Below, piece by piece: positions 55,461-64,000 of a stretch of 64,000 nucleotides of DNA. The notes under the pieces were generated by a model. It made no database searches. It was not told the DNA's origin and saw only the letters and a list, made by a program, of their open reading frames with translations. The position numbers and the translations under genes were made by a program. Source of the stretch: Escherichia phage T4; the sequence record MZ375356.1. One strand, given 5' to 3'. Every line of letters begins with the position of its first letter. Position 1 is the stretch's first letter.

Positions 55461-55735
55461 TCGAAATAATCTTCAATTTCATAATCATGGACATAAATCA
55501 TTATAGTTTTTAATACATCATCAATATTTTTTCCTGGAGCTGGAATTACGTAAAAATACCCTGCTTTTGAGAGGTCTTTATAAGTTCCAATCAAGAAATC
55601 ATTATTCTCAAGATGTAACTCTTCAACTAATTCATTGACAATTGAATGGTATAGGTTTGGCAGAAACTTATATAGCTTTTCTAGAATATCAATTTTGAAT
55701 GTATATTGAACCACGGACTGAGAATCAATAATCAT
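55457..55735 (-). CDS. arn: Arn anti-restriction (McrBC inhibitor)
   Basis: 92-aa acidic ORF, position between asiA and motA. Confidence 0.8.
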   Translation of the reverse strand: MIIDSQSVVQYTFKIDILEKLYKFLPNLYHSIVNELVEELHLENNDFLIGTYKDLSKAGYFYVIPAPGKNIDDVLKTIMIYVHDYEIEDYFE

Positions 55736-55844
55736 AGACCTTCCCCTTATGTTTCTGTTTGCGATTAGATTCTTTAAACGCTTTCTTCTTATCCTTATGA
55801 ACAGAAGCTTTATTAAAATTATGCTTTGCGACTAAATTGTTCAT
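55725..55844 (-). CDS. arn.1: small basic protein arn.1 (39 aa)
   Basis: ORF MNNLVAKHNFNKASVHKDKKK..., 3' end overlaps arn start. Confidence 0.35.
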   Translation of the reverse strand: MNNLVAKHNFNKASVHKDKKKAFKESNRKQKHKGKVYDY

Positions 55845-56015
55845 AGTGCTGAATTACCTCTCTTAAACATTTGCATGTGAATGAAAACTTTTAGCTACAC
55901 CACATTCAAATATGTTCTCTTAAATCGCGTGTATCGATATCCCATCTCAACAATAAAATGCCGTATTAGATTTTTATCTTTATCGTTTAGAGAATTAAAA
56001 TAATCAGATTTTGAA

Positions 56016-56312
56016 TTAATTTCCCTGGCCAAATTGAATCACCTTCAGTTGACGTTTTAACTCTTTTATCATCTCTTCGTTCATCGCAATATAAAGATCG
56101 CGTAGAGCAGGTTTTAGCATTCCATTTACTGGAGAACTAAATGGACATACATAATCTTTTCCTACGAGCTTTTTAGTGAATTCCATATCACAGAACTGAA
56201 ATCCCGGCTCATTGGTATAAATTCCCCAATTAGTTGACATCATTTTATTGGCATATTCCAGTGCCTGGATTTGATTCATAATTCCATCAATTTGAAACTT
56301 TTTAATATTCAT
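56016..56312 (-). CDS. arn.2: hypothetical protein arn.2
   Basis: 98-aa ORF. Confidence 0.45.
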   Translation of the reverse strand: MNIKKFQIDGIMNQIQALEYANKMMSTNWGIYTNEPGFQFCDMEFTKKLVGKDYVCPFSSPVNGMLKPALRDLYIAMNEEMIKELKRQLKVIQFGQGN

Positions 56313-56767
56313 TAGTAAAGGTCCTCAGAGTAAAGTTCTTTTTCACTACCACGTTCAATACTTACTTGTCCAGCGTAAGTTGCAATAATCATTGCTTCTT
56401 CACGTGTCCAATAATTACTATATTGGTCAATAAACCCTTGGTCATCATCACAAACTTGCTGAGTAACTAATTGAGGTTTAACTACATCTAAAACTTCTGC
56501 CATATCTTTAGAATAATGACGAGCACCTGGAATAATAAGAGTTCGTCCATCTTTTAATTTAAAACGGTTGGCTGCGCAAACAATTCGTCGTTGATACTTT
56601 TGGTTTTCATCCCAGTACGCAGTCTGCCAACAGATTTCAGGAACTTCTTTCAGAATATCTTCTGTGCATTTATAACCATGCGCTTTAAATTTTTCAACAA
56701 GACTTTCTGGAGTTTCACGAGATAAAGGAACATTCAGCATTTTTAAACGATTGATAAATGGGTTCAT
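56312..56767 (-). CDS. arn.3: hypothetical protein arn.3
   Basis: 151-aa ORF. Confidence 0.45.
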   Translation of the reverse strand: MNPFINRLKMLNVPLSRETPESLVEKFKAHGYKCTEDILKEVPEICWQTAYWDENQKYQRRIVCAANRFKLKDGRTLIIPGARHYSKDMAEVLDVVKPQLVTQQVCDDDQGFIDQYSNYWTREEAMIIATYAGQVSIERGSEKELYSEDLY

Positions 56768-57093
56768 TTAAACCATCCTTTAATACGCTGCCACAAAGTT
56801 TTCTGTTGAGCTTTGTTGACGCCAATTGAGCGAATAACCGGTTGAGATTCCTGGAATTCTTTATAATCAGCAAGGTAAATTTCGTAAGCTGCATCCGTAA
56901 ATGAACTTATCGCTGCCATAAAATTATTGCGAATACCTACTGGAGCATCTTTACTTTCACGAATAATCATGTATTTACCAGTCTTAATCTTTACGATAGT
57001 TCCAAGATAAGCTCCATGGTACCAAATATCCCAACCCTCTTGAGTAGGTTCTGCGCAACGACGAAGTTCATTGACAATTTCTAACTTGTTCAT
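56764..57093 (-). CDS. arn.4: hypothetical protein arn.4
   Basis: 109-aa ORF. Confidence 0.45.
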   Translation of the reverse strand: MNKLEIVNELRRCAEPTQEGWDIWYHGAYLGTIVKIKTGKYMIIRESKDAPVGIRNNFMAAISSFTDAAYEIYLADYKEFQESQPVIRSIGVNKAQQKTLWQRIKGWFK

Positions 57094-57103
57094 TATTTAT
57101 TCC

Positions 57104-57739
57104 TCACAGTTCAGATGCTACAGTGATTACAGCTTCAATGTTTTCTGCCGAGCGTTTAATGTCAAGATACACATTACCGTTTTTAGCGATTTTACATGAC
57201 ATTCCGATGTCAGTAAATTTCTGAATATGATGTTCCATCATTTTGTATCCAAAAATTCGCATATTTCCATTGTTATTAATTTCAAAATTACGAATTCCGT
57301 TAGTGCGTTTTTCTAAAATAGCAAGATAATTACTACGATAAATTTCAACCTTTTTAAGAACAAATCCATTTTTATCTAAAAGTTTTAACATGAGGTCTTT
57401 ATCTTCTTCCATATCGGAAGTAATCTCGCGAGCTTTACGAGTTGCTCGTTTTTTCAGCAGTTCCGGAGCATTTTCCTGTGCATATAAAGTTGCTGCATTT
57501 GAAATAATATCCTGAGCTTCACCAGTAATGATTAATCCATCACCAGATTTCTCCACCAGGCCTTTTTTAATCAATACCCCAATATTACTATTAACTACTG
57601 CGTTACCTAAATCTGGATGCACCTCACGAACTTCTGCAGCTGTAATGAAATCTTTCTTAGCAATGGTAATTAAAATCGTAGCAGTTTTTTCATTCAGAAC
57701 ATCGTTAGAAGCTTTGATGATGTAAGTTACTTTAGACAT
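57104..57739 (-). CDS. motA: MotA middle-transcription activator
   Basis: 211-aa ORF MSKVTYIIKASNDVLNEKTATILI... Confidence 0.9.
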   Translation of the reverse strand: MSKVTYIIKASNDVLNEKTATILITIAKKDFITAAEVREVHPDLGNAVVNSNIGVLIKKGLVEKSGDGLIITGEAQDIISNAATLYAQENAPELLKKRATRKAREITSDMEEDKDLMLKLLDKNGFVLKKVEIYRSNYLAILEKRTNGIRNFEINNNGNMRIFGYKMMEHHIQKFTDIGMSCKIAKNGNVYLDIKRSAENIEAVITVASEL

Positions 57740-57759
57740 TTTCTAATCTCCGTAATTCT

Positions 57760-57820
57760 GTATCAGTAGTTGATAGTTGTATAGTACCACAGTATGCTTT
57801 GGTTGTAAACCGTTTTGTGA
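57760..57820 (-). promoter_or_regulatory. early-type promoter element upstream of motA (family shared with 40945 and 60818)
   Basis: minus strand CACAAAACGGTTTACA...GTGGTACTATACAACTATCAACT. Confidence 0.5.
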
Positions 57821-57827
57821 AAAAATT

Positions 57828-57861
57828 TTTAAAATAAAAAAGGGAGAGCCTCGGCTCTCCC
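57828..57861 (-). terminator. hairpin terminator upstream of motA promoter
   Basis: GGGAGAGCC-GA-GGCTCTCCC on minus strand followed by T-run. Confidence 0.7.
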
Positions 57862-57866
57862 TAAAA

Positions 57867-58016
57867 TTACTGCATGACTGTGATAACTGTCATGATAACA
57901 CGTTGAATTCCGAACGCAAGAAGACCTCCTGCTACGGCTGGAACAACGCCTAAACCCGCCAGTAAAATGCTACCAGATACTAATGCAGCGCTTGTAATAC
58001 CAATGAATGGACTCAT
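57867..58016 (-). CDS. small hydrophobic membrane peptide (49 aa; positional motA.1)
   Basis: ORF MSPFIGITSAALVSGSILLAGLGVVPAVAGGLLAFG...; ATGA overlap with gene 52 stop. Confidence 0.45.
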   Translation of the reverse strand: MSPFIGITSAALVSGSILLAGLGVVPAVAGGLLAFGIQRVIMTVITVMQ

Positions 58017-59341
58017 TTGATTTCCTCTAAATCTTTGGTGTATTCAGTAACTACATCAGTAGTTTTCCAATATTCGTTTTCTTCTTTTTTAGCTTTAGCT
58101 TCTTCAGCAAGTTTCTTTGCTTCATCGGAAGTCATATGAAAAATATTCATTCCAACTAGTTTATCAACATAAGAAGAATACATATCGATTTTCGAAAGTT
58201 CTTCGGTCAGTTCTTTACGAGTTTTACCCTGTACAACAATTTCACCTGAAATTACTTTCTTAATGAAATGTGCTTTGGCAAAGGCTAAACGAAAAGCTGA
58301 CTCAGTTTCTTTAATTTTGTTATCAATTCGTTTTTGGACATAAGTTTTACGAACTTCAACAAAGTCTTTAATTAAATCAACTACGTTATCGTAAACTTGC
58401 AGCTTTCCTTTCTCATTAATAACCGTAATATTCTGGGAACGACGCTCAATCAGTCCGAAGTCTTTCATAATTTTTGCATGGCGTTCTTCTTCGTTATCGC
58501 TCAAAGAATATTCTTTGCGGAATTTAACTTTGAAGCCAAAACCATGCTCACCACAAGCATCATCCCATGTAATGAAGCCTTTATCTTCAAGTGGGTCTAA
58601 GATTTTACTCACATAAGTTTCACGATCATACTTATACGGAATCTCAGTGATATGCATTTGAGTTCGTGAAGTAAACTTATATGTTCCACGAATTTCATAT
58701 TGCCCATCAATTTCAACGACTTCACCACGAAATTCTGGGAATTCTACTTTCGGTTTAGTTACTTTCTTTCCTTGAAGAGCTTGCAGTACAGCTTTCTTGA
58801 CAGAAGAAACACTATGAGGAAGAATGTAAGTTGCATAACCAGTTGCAATACCGGAAACGCCATTAAGAAGAACAGTAGGAATAATAGGCAAATAGAAAGC
58901 AGGCGGAATGTGTTCTTTATCTTGATGTACCGGAGCATATTCAGTATCTTTATATACGTTATAGAAATTTTTACTTACACGAGCAAAAATATAACGACTT
59001 GCCGCTGCCTTTTGGACAGTACGAGAACCAAAGTTTCCTTGACCATCTAACAGAGGAAAGTTATTATTCCAAGTATTAGCCATCAAAGCACCTGCGTCTT
59101 GTGCAGAGTTTTCACCATGATGATATCCAAGGTCCGCTACACCACCTGCAATAGAAGCGAGTTTGTGAAACTTATCTTTATTTCCTCGTGCCAAATCAAG
59201 AGCTCGAGCAATAACAAATCGTTGAACTGGCTTAAATCCATCAATCATATTTGGGATAGCACGATTTTCAACCGTGTACATAGCATAAGCCAATGCTTCA
59301 TTATCAATGATACTTTTTAAATCGCGATTATTCAGTTGCAT
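58013..59341 (-). CDS. 52: DNA topoisomerase II medium subunit gp52
   Basis: 442-aa GyrA-like ORF MQLNNRDLKSIIDNEALAYAMYTVENRAIPN... Confidence 0.95.
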   Translation of the reverse strand: MQLNNRDLKSIIDNEALAYAMYTVENRAIPNMIDGFKPVQRFVIARALDLARGNKDKFHKLASIAGGVADLGYHHGENSAQDAGALMANTWNNNFPLLDGQGNFGSRTVQKAAASRYIFARVSKNFYNVYKDTEYAPVHQDKEHIPPAFYLPIIPTVLLNGVSGIATGYATYILPHSVSSVKKAVLQALQGKKVTKPKVEFPEFRGEVVEIDGQYEIRGTYKFTSRTQMHITEIPYKYDRETYVSKILDPLEDKGFITWDDACGEHGFGFKVKFRKEYSLSDNEEERHAKIMKDFGLIERRSQNITVINEKGKLQVYDNVVDLIKDFVEVRKTYVQKRIDNKIKETESAFRLAFAKAHFIKKVISGEIVVQGKTRKELTEELSKIDMYSSYVDKLVGMNIFHMTSDEAKKLAEEAKAKKEENEYWKTTDVVTEYTKDLEEIK

Positions 59342-59484
59342 AAATTTACCATACTAGTGAATGTAGTGCCAATAACATCAGAAATGAAAAGCACGACTTG
59401 AATTAATCCGAACATTACTCCGTAATATAGTGCTACCAATAAAGCAGCAAGGGCTAATGAATAGCCCAAGATTTTCTTAATCAT
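59332..59484 (-). CDS. small membrane protein (50 aa; positional 52.1)
   Basis: ORF MIKKILGYSLALAALLVALYYGVMFGLIQVVLF..., hydrophobic. Confidence 0.4.
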   Translation of the reverse strand: MIKKILGYSLALAALLVALYYGVMFGLIQVVLFISDVIGTTFTSMVNLCN

Positions 59485-59630
59485 TAGATAACAACACAAA
59501 TGTTAAATATGCACACATACCCTGGGCTAAAGCTTGTGAAAACACACTGCTAGCATCGATACAGATAGTTAAAACACATGCTACTATCCAACAAATAAAT
59601 GAAATAACTCCTAATAATTTTGCAATTCAT
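59477..59630 (-). pseudogene. ac: ac (acriflavine sensitivity membrane protein), frameshift immediately after start codon
   Basis: ATG at 59630; hydrophobic body IAKLLGVISFICWIVACVLTICIDASSVFSQALAQGMCAYLTFVLLSND is one frame off; span 154 nt = 156-2; intact product would be 51 aa. Confidence 0.6.
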
Positions 59631-59637
59631 ATTTTCC

Positions 59638-59718
59638 TCACTGGCGTCCGAAGACGCCTTTAGTTTTAAGATTGTTACGATAGAACTGCATCACGTGTTC
59701 GTTATGGAAATTACTCAT
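59638..59718 (-). CDS. stp: Stp peptide (26 aa)
   Basis: exact translation [26 protein letters not shown]; TAATG overlap with ndd stop. Confidence 0.85.
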
Positions 59719-60173
59719 TAATATGCCTGTAAAACAAATTTAAAGTTATCAGCCAACATACGGTTCATTTCTTCGAGTGTTTGATACTCAGAATGATGAT
59801 TACGAGTAAACGCCAAAGCTAGCTGACCTTTTCCAAATCCCGTCGTTAGAGGTTTCATCTTAGAAGCAGGCAGATAAAACACTGTGTATGGAACATTGTT
59901 ATTTGCAATAGTACGCGCAAGTTGAGACCGGCGTTGACGAATATGACTTAAAACCGCACTGAATCCTTGCTTAGAACGCTGATTACCTACATAAAATCGT
60001 GCAGATACGCATGGATTACTAAATGGACCACCGAGTTTACTCACTAAAAAGTAAAATCCAGGTTTAGATAAAATATCTTTATGCGGAGTTCCTAAAAACC
60101 ATTCACCACCCTTGATTGTACCAATAACAGTAGCGCCTGCATCATTCAGATCAGTAACAGTCATATATTTCAT
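59718..60173 (-). CDS. ndd: Ndd nucleoid disruption protein
   Basis: 151-aa protein from [18 protein letters not shown]...; listed ORF extends 16 codons upstream. Confidence 0.85.
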
Positions 60174-60228
60174 ATTAATTTCCTCTAAATTATTTTCTAC
60201 TCCAAGGCCGCATGAATACACACGGCCA

Positions 60229-60447
60229 TTAAATTACTCGTCGCAGTCGACGCTCAATTCCCAAAACTCTTCTAGTATAAGTTTCAGTATCATTTTCAAT
60301 ACAGAAACGTTCATTACTATTATTTGCTAAAGTAGCATTAACTGTCATTTTTTCGCTAGTGCTCTTAAGAGGTGAAATACGAATTAACTGATCACCGTTA
60401 TCTAAACAAAAAATTTCACCAACTTTTACATCTTTAAAACTTTTCAT
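60229..60447 (-). CDS. ndd.1: hypothetical protein ndd.1
   Basis: 72-aa ORF. Confidence 0.45.
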   Translation of the reverse strand: MKSFKDVKVGEIFCLDNGDQLIRISPLKSTSEKMTVNATLANNSNERFCIENDTETYTRRVLGIERRLRRVI

Positions 60448-60455
60448 AATTCACC

Positions 60456-60566
60456 TCAAGGAGTATAAAATCCAAATGCAGTTGTTGACCATCCCATCCA
60501 ATATGGAAAATTTACACCAATGTAAAACATAAGAATATAAAACCAACCGCTCAGCAAATTCATCAT
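60456..60566 (-). CDS. small hydrophobic peptide (35 aa; ndd.x cluster)
   Basis: ORF MMNLLSGWFYILMFYIGVNFPYWMGW...; ATGA overlap with next ORF. Confidence 0.3.
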   Translation of the reverse strand: MMNLLSGWFYILMFYIGVNFPYWMGWSTTAFGFYTP

Positions 60567-60694
60567 TTTACACCATTCCAAATTGTTTCAACCACGGATT
60601 TTAAACCATTTTGATGAATATCCATTCCTACTACCGCTGAAACCTGTGCAACCCACCACGCACAAGCAATAAGTACAGAATTCAAAATTTTCAT
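60563..60694 (-). CDS. small hydrophobic peptide (43 aa; ndd.x cluster)
   Basis: ORF MKILNSVLIACAWWVAQVSAVVGMD... Confidence 0.3.
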   Translation of the reverse strand: MKILNSVLIACAWWVAQVSAVVGMDIHQNGLKSVVETIWNGVK

Positions 60695-60777
60695 AATAAC
60701 CTCATTACAAAAGTAAATGTTAAACAAATTACTGGAATACTAATTAACCAAACAAAACACCACCATAATGAACTCAT
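60691..60777 (-). CDS. small hydrophobic peptide (28 aa; ndd.x cluster)
   Basis: ORF MSSLWWCFVWLISIPVICLTFTFVMRLL. Confidence 0.3.
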   Translation of the reverse strand: MSSLWWCFVWLISIPVICLTFTFVMRLL

Positions 60778-60817
60778 AGTTCAATCTCAGCGATTTTCAT
60801 TTTATTCTCCAAATCCG

Positions 60818-60880
60818 TATCAGTTGATAGTTGTATAGTACCACGGTCCTTGTGGTATGTAAACTGTTTTGTGAAATTTT
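60818..60880 (-). promoter_or_regulatory. early-type promoter element (family shared with 40945 and 57760)
   Basis: minus strand CACAAAACAGTTTACATACC...GTGGTACTATACAACTATCAACTGA. Confidence 0.5.
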
Positions 60881-61438
60881 TTAAATGGAAAGATACCATC
60901 CGTTGTAGTTGCTTTTTCTTACAACTTTACGAAGGTCTTCTCTGTCACCGATGAACTTCGGAGTGTACTGGATGACACCTGGATGAATTTCTTTAGTGTT
61001 GAATATAATTATACAGTCAGCGACTTGATGATTTAGAATGGGCCCTAGATTTATTCCAGAACCATATGGATACTCTCCGCTGCATCCCGTTGTTACCGAA
61101 ATCCAACGTGAGTCAGTTTGATGTGTCTTAACTTCTACACGAAGCCCGCAGTATTTTGGATGAGCCAATACATCCCATGCATATGTGTACGGATCATCGA
61201 CATCCTCTTGGCCTTTATTGACATATCCACTCAACCAATCTGCCACAAAAAACTCTGCGTACACAGCGATACGGCATCTTTCGATAACTTCTGCCTTATC
61301 TTGATTTGGGTTTTGTTTTAAAGAGTATCTTGCAGTATCAGCAATTTTGACCTTCATTTCACAGGTCAAGTCACTGTTCGATAGGGTAAATGTCGGAATC
61401 TGAAATAGTCTCTGTAACCCAGGATTCGTTTTCTGCAT
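60881..61438 (-). CDS. denB: endonuclease IV
   Basis: 185-aa ORF, size and position. Confidence 0.8.
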   Translation of the reverse strand: MQKTNPGLQRLFQIPTFTLSNSDLTCEMKVKIADTARYSLKQNPNQDKAEVIERCRIAVYAEFFVADWLSGYVNKGQEDVDDPYTYAWDVLAHPKYCGLRVEVKTHQTDSRWISVTTGCSGEYPYGSGINLGPILNHQVADCIIIFNTKEIHPGVIQYTPKFIGDREDLRKVVRKSNYNGWYLSI

Positions 61439-61492
61439 TTAAACTTTCCTTTATGTCGGAATCACCGATATTCATATAAATCATAATTTCTC

Positions 61493-61517
61493 TTAAAACA
61501 AAAGGGCCGAAGCCCTT
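61493..61517 (-). terminator. hairpin terminator after denB.1
   Basis: AAGGGC-TTCG-GCCCTT on minus strand followed by TTTTGTTTT. Confidence 0.6.
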
Positions 61518-61521
61518 TATT

Positions 61522-61716
61522 TTACTTGAATTGTGCAATTCTTTTCTCTAGACATTCAGCATAAGATTTCATTGAGATGAACTGCGAAAGTAGCAGTTCT
61601 TGCTCAACTGCGCTAACTGTTAGAAACTTTGCGCTTTCTAAAAATTTGCTCAGTGCATTAATTTTGAGCATTAATTGATCGTATTCTTCTTTTACTCGTG
61701 CTTGATAACCTAACAT
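61522..61716 (-). CDS. hypothetical protein (positional denB.1)
   Basis: 64-aa ORF. Confidence 0.4.
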   Translation of the reverse strand: MLGYQARVKEEYDQLMLKINALSKFLESAKFLTVSAVEQELLLSQFISMKSYAECLEKRIAQFK

Positions 61717-61744
61717 AATTTTCCTTAGTTAAGGGCCGAAGCCC

Positions 61745-62526
61745 TTATTTAAATTGTTCAGTAACGTCTTCAACTACTTCATATTGGCAGGTACGCATTT
61801 TAGCATCGTTGTAATCAATCGGAATTGATACTACATCGCGAGGATGAACTTTAACTTTTACAACTCGGCTGGTTGAACTACCAAAGTGACGAATATAAGA
61901 TTTAGAACACACATGCAAACCACGAGAACAAGTTTGTGTATCATCGTCATTCACACGAGTACGTGGCATTTTAACTACTACCCGGACTGTTATCAAAGGT
62001 GTTTGAGTGACAGTCAAAGTAATTGCTGCGAACTACTTTCCAAGCATAGAAAACCATCTTCTGTAATTTCAATATCGTTTGCTACCAAGAAATCAAAGAG
62101 TCGAGATACCGCTTTTTGGCTTGGGTTTTCCAACAGATTTTCCAAGAACGGAAAATAAAATTCAAAGTTTTCGCCTTTTTCCATCGAGTCAAGAATACGA
62201 TCAACCAAACCAGACCGCAATTCAATATTTTGATAGAACAAGCTTCCACCTTCAATTCGAACATCGCCGGAAATATATTTTTCAACAGCACGACGAACAT
62301 TAATTTTTTGTGCCGCTTCTTCCAACTTATCCGCTACAAGCAGATTAAGAATTTCCTGGAAGTTTGAATGAGTATTAGGAGTTGCGTTATAAGTTACGCC
62401 ATCAACAGTAATTGAAATGAATTTTTTAGATGCATTCCAAATAATGTCAGATTTAGCAACTGGAGCAATAACTGCATCGCTATTAACTTTAACTGTAATA
62501 TCACCGCTAATAGTAACTTTAGGACG
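61745..62526 (-). pseudogene. rIIB: rIIB remnant: N-terminal ~51 codons absent, internal frameshift near 62017
   Basis: [30 protein letters not shown]... through ...[10 protein letters not shown] (in ORF 62014..62850) then frame change to ...CSRGLHVCSKSYIRHFGSS...EQFK (ORF 61745..62017); remembered N-terminus MYNIKCLTKNEQAEIV not present. Confidence 0.6.
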
Positions 62527-63990
62527 AGGAGCTTTACTTTTAACTACCTTTGGAATATAACTTTTTACTAAAGCTTCAATTTCTGACAAATAATGAATGT
62601 TAACTTCATCACTTTCAAACATCGCCATAATATCAGGAAGCAAATCAATCTGCGATTCTACTTCTGGATTAATAAACAGAAGACGTTCGTTATGATGAAT
62701 ATTCAAAGTGTTATTAAATTCACTATCATCTAACGCACGTGCTAATCCACGGACAATATTAACACGATTTTTAATATTATCAATAACGATATTAATTTTT
62801 GTTGTATTAATACCAAACAGACGAACTTGATGCAACGGCTGAAGTTTCATGACTTTGCTTAATGCGCTTCAGTCGAGGGTCAAGATTTACTTCATACACA
62901 ACTCCCGCGTTGCATAACTTACTGTCAGGTTCAAACATGCTCTGCATCTTTTTATATGACAGATTTTTAGTCGTGAATTTGACTGAATTACTAATCATAT
63001 AATCTCGAGCAGAATACCCCATCTTCAATTCACGATGTGTGACGAGGAGATGTAGATTCTTTAAATCGTTTTACATCTTCATTAAATGCTTTCTCACTGA
63101 GTTCTTTAACTCGTTCAATAATATTTTTACGAGTGCGATCATCCAGTGAAAGAGCCTCGCGAGATGGAGCAATATCAAGTGAACCCATTGGAAACTTAAT
63201 GTAATTCACTTCATTGCGAATGCTTAGCCAGTTACGGTCTCTAATAACACCATCGATAGGATAAACAATACCACCGTAGATAGCATATAATCCACCACGA
63301 TCAGGCCAGTATCTTTCTGGATTTACACCGTAATAGTCATCAAAATCCGGAAAATAATCAATTTCGCGGTCAAGACCATTAATGATAGCCAAATCTTTGA
63401 ACGGTCGCATGATATAAGAAACTTCATAAGCAAAGTTTCTAAAGTCTTTTTCTTCAACTGGAACTACGATTTCAATACCAGTTTTATCATCTGGACCCAT
63501 TTCTTTTACGAATGTAGGTTTAATCTGTGGACCATCACCATCCATGTAAGCTATAACCACGAATTTCACCTTTATGATACGAAGTAATACTAAACGTATC
63601 AGTATAACTAAACGGAGATTTAGAACCTAAACCAAATCCGCCAATAAAGTCATTAGATTCAGCTTTAGATGAACTGAAGTATGAATTATACAACCCAGGA
63701 GAATTATCATCACCTTGAATATCAAAATCACTCATACCCGGACCAAAATCTCGACAAACAAATCGTGGGTCTAAACGTCCAGGAACTTGTATGATAAATT
63801 TTTCAGGATTTCCATTAAGTGCATGAGCATCAATCATGTTAGTAATCAATTCACGGACTACTGCGCGAATCTTGTTTGTATACAAATCAGATGACAGAAT
63901 TTTAAATACTTTAGGAGATGCTGTGATGCTAAATGCTTTTGATTTAGAACCATTACCAAGAATTGTTTCTTTTTCAGTGGTGATAATCAT
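62527..63990 (-). pseudogene. rIIA: rIIA remnant: N-terminal ~490 codons in four frame segments, fused to rIIB remnant
   Basis: begins [20 protein letters not shown]; successive ORFs 63535..63990, 63030..63569, 62807..63028, 62014..62850 each change frame; too short for 725-aa rIIA. Confidence 0.6.
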
Positions 63991-64000
63991 AATTTCCTCA

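Overview
This window is a T4-type (Tevenvirinae) phage segment, collinear with the classical T4 map from the 3' part of gene 23 to the start of rIIA. In order it carries 23(partial)-segD-24-rnlB-24.2-24.3-hoc-inh-segE-uvsW-uvsY, baseplate genes 25-26-51-27-28-29-48-54, alt and its upstream fragments, DNA ligase 30 and the 30.x cluster, rIII-31-cd-pseT-alc-rnlA-denA, nrdB (group I intron)-mobE-nrdA, td (group I intron with I-TevI)-frd-32-segG-59-33-dsbA-rnh, tail-fibre genes 34-38, t, asiA, arn, motA, 52, ac, stp, ndd, denB, rIIB and rIIA. No tRNA, CRISPR array, integrase or foreign island was found, and no novel inserted system is evident. The unusual signal is a pattern: every large or essential gene is an uninterrupted ORF, while many dispensable genes are broken by frameshifts that all fall in one frame class (net -2/+1). 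Where I remember the T4 product length (I-TevI, frd, ac, cd.4) the locus is exactly 2 nt short (I-TevI 8 nt, one 2-nt plus two 3-nt losses), so these look like 2-bp deletions. Affected loci are segD, hoc (also missing its C-terminal half), segE, a HAD-like 30.x gene, cd.4, I-TevI, frd, frd.2, frd.3, segG, ac, rIIB and rIIA (which also appear joined by a ~0.9 kb deletion). Gene names come from recognised protein sequence and T4 gene order held in memory; no database search was run. Decimal-suffix symbols (cd.1, pseT.2, arn.3 and similar) are positional guesses.
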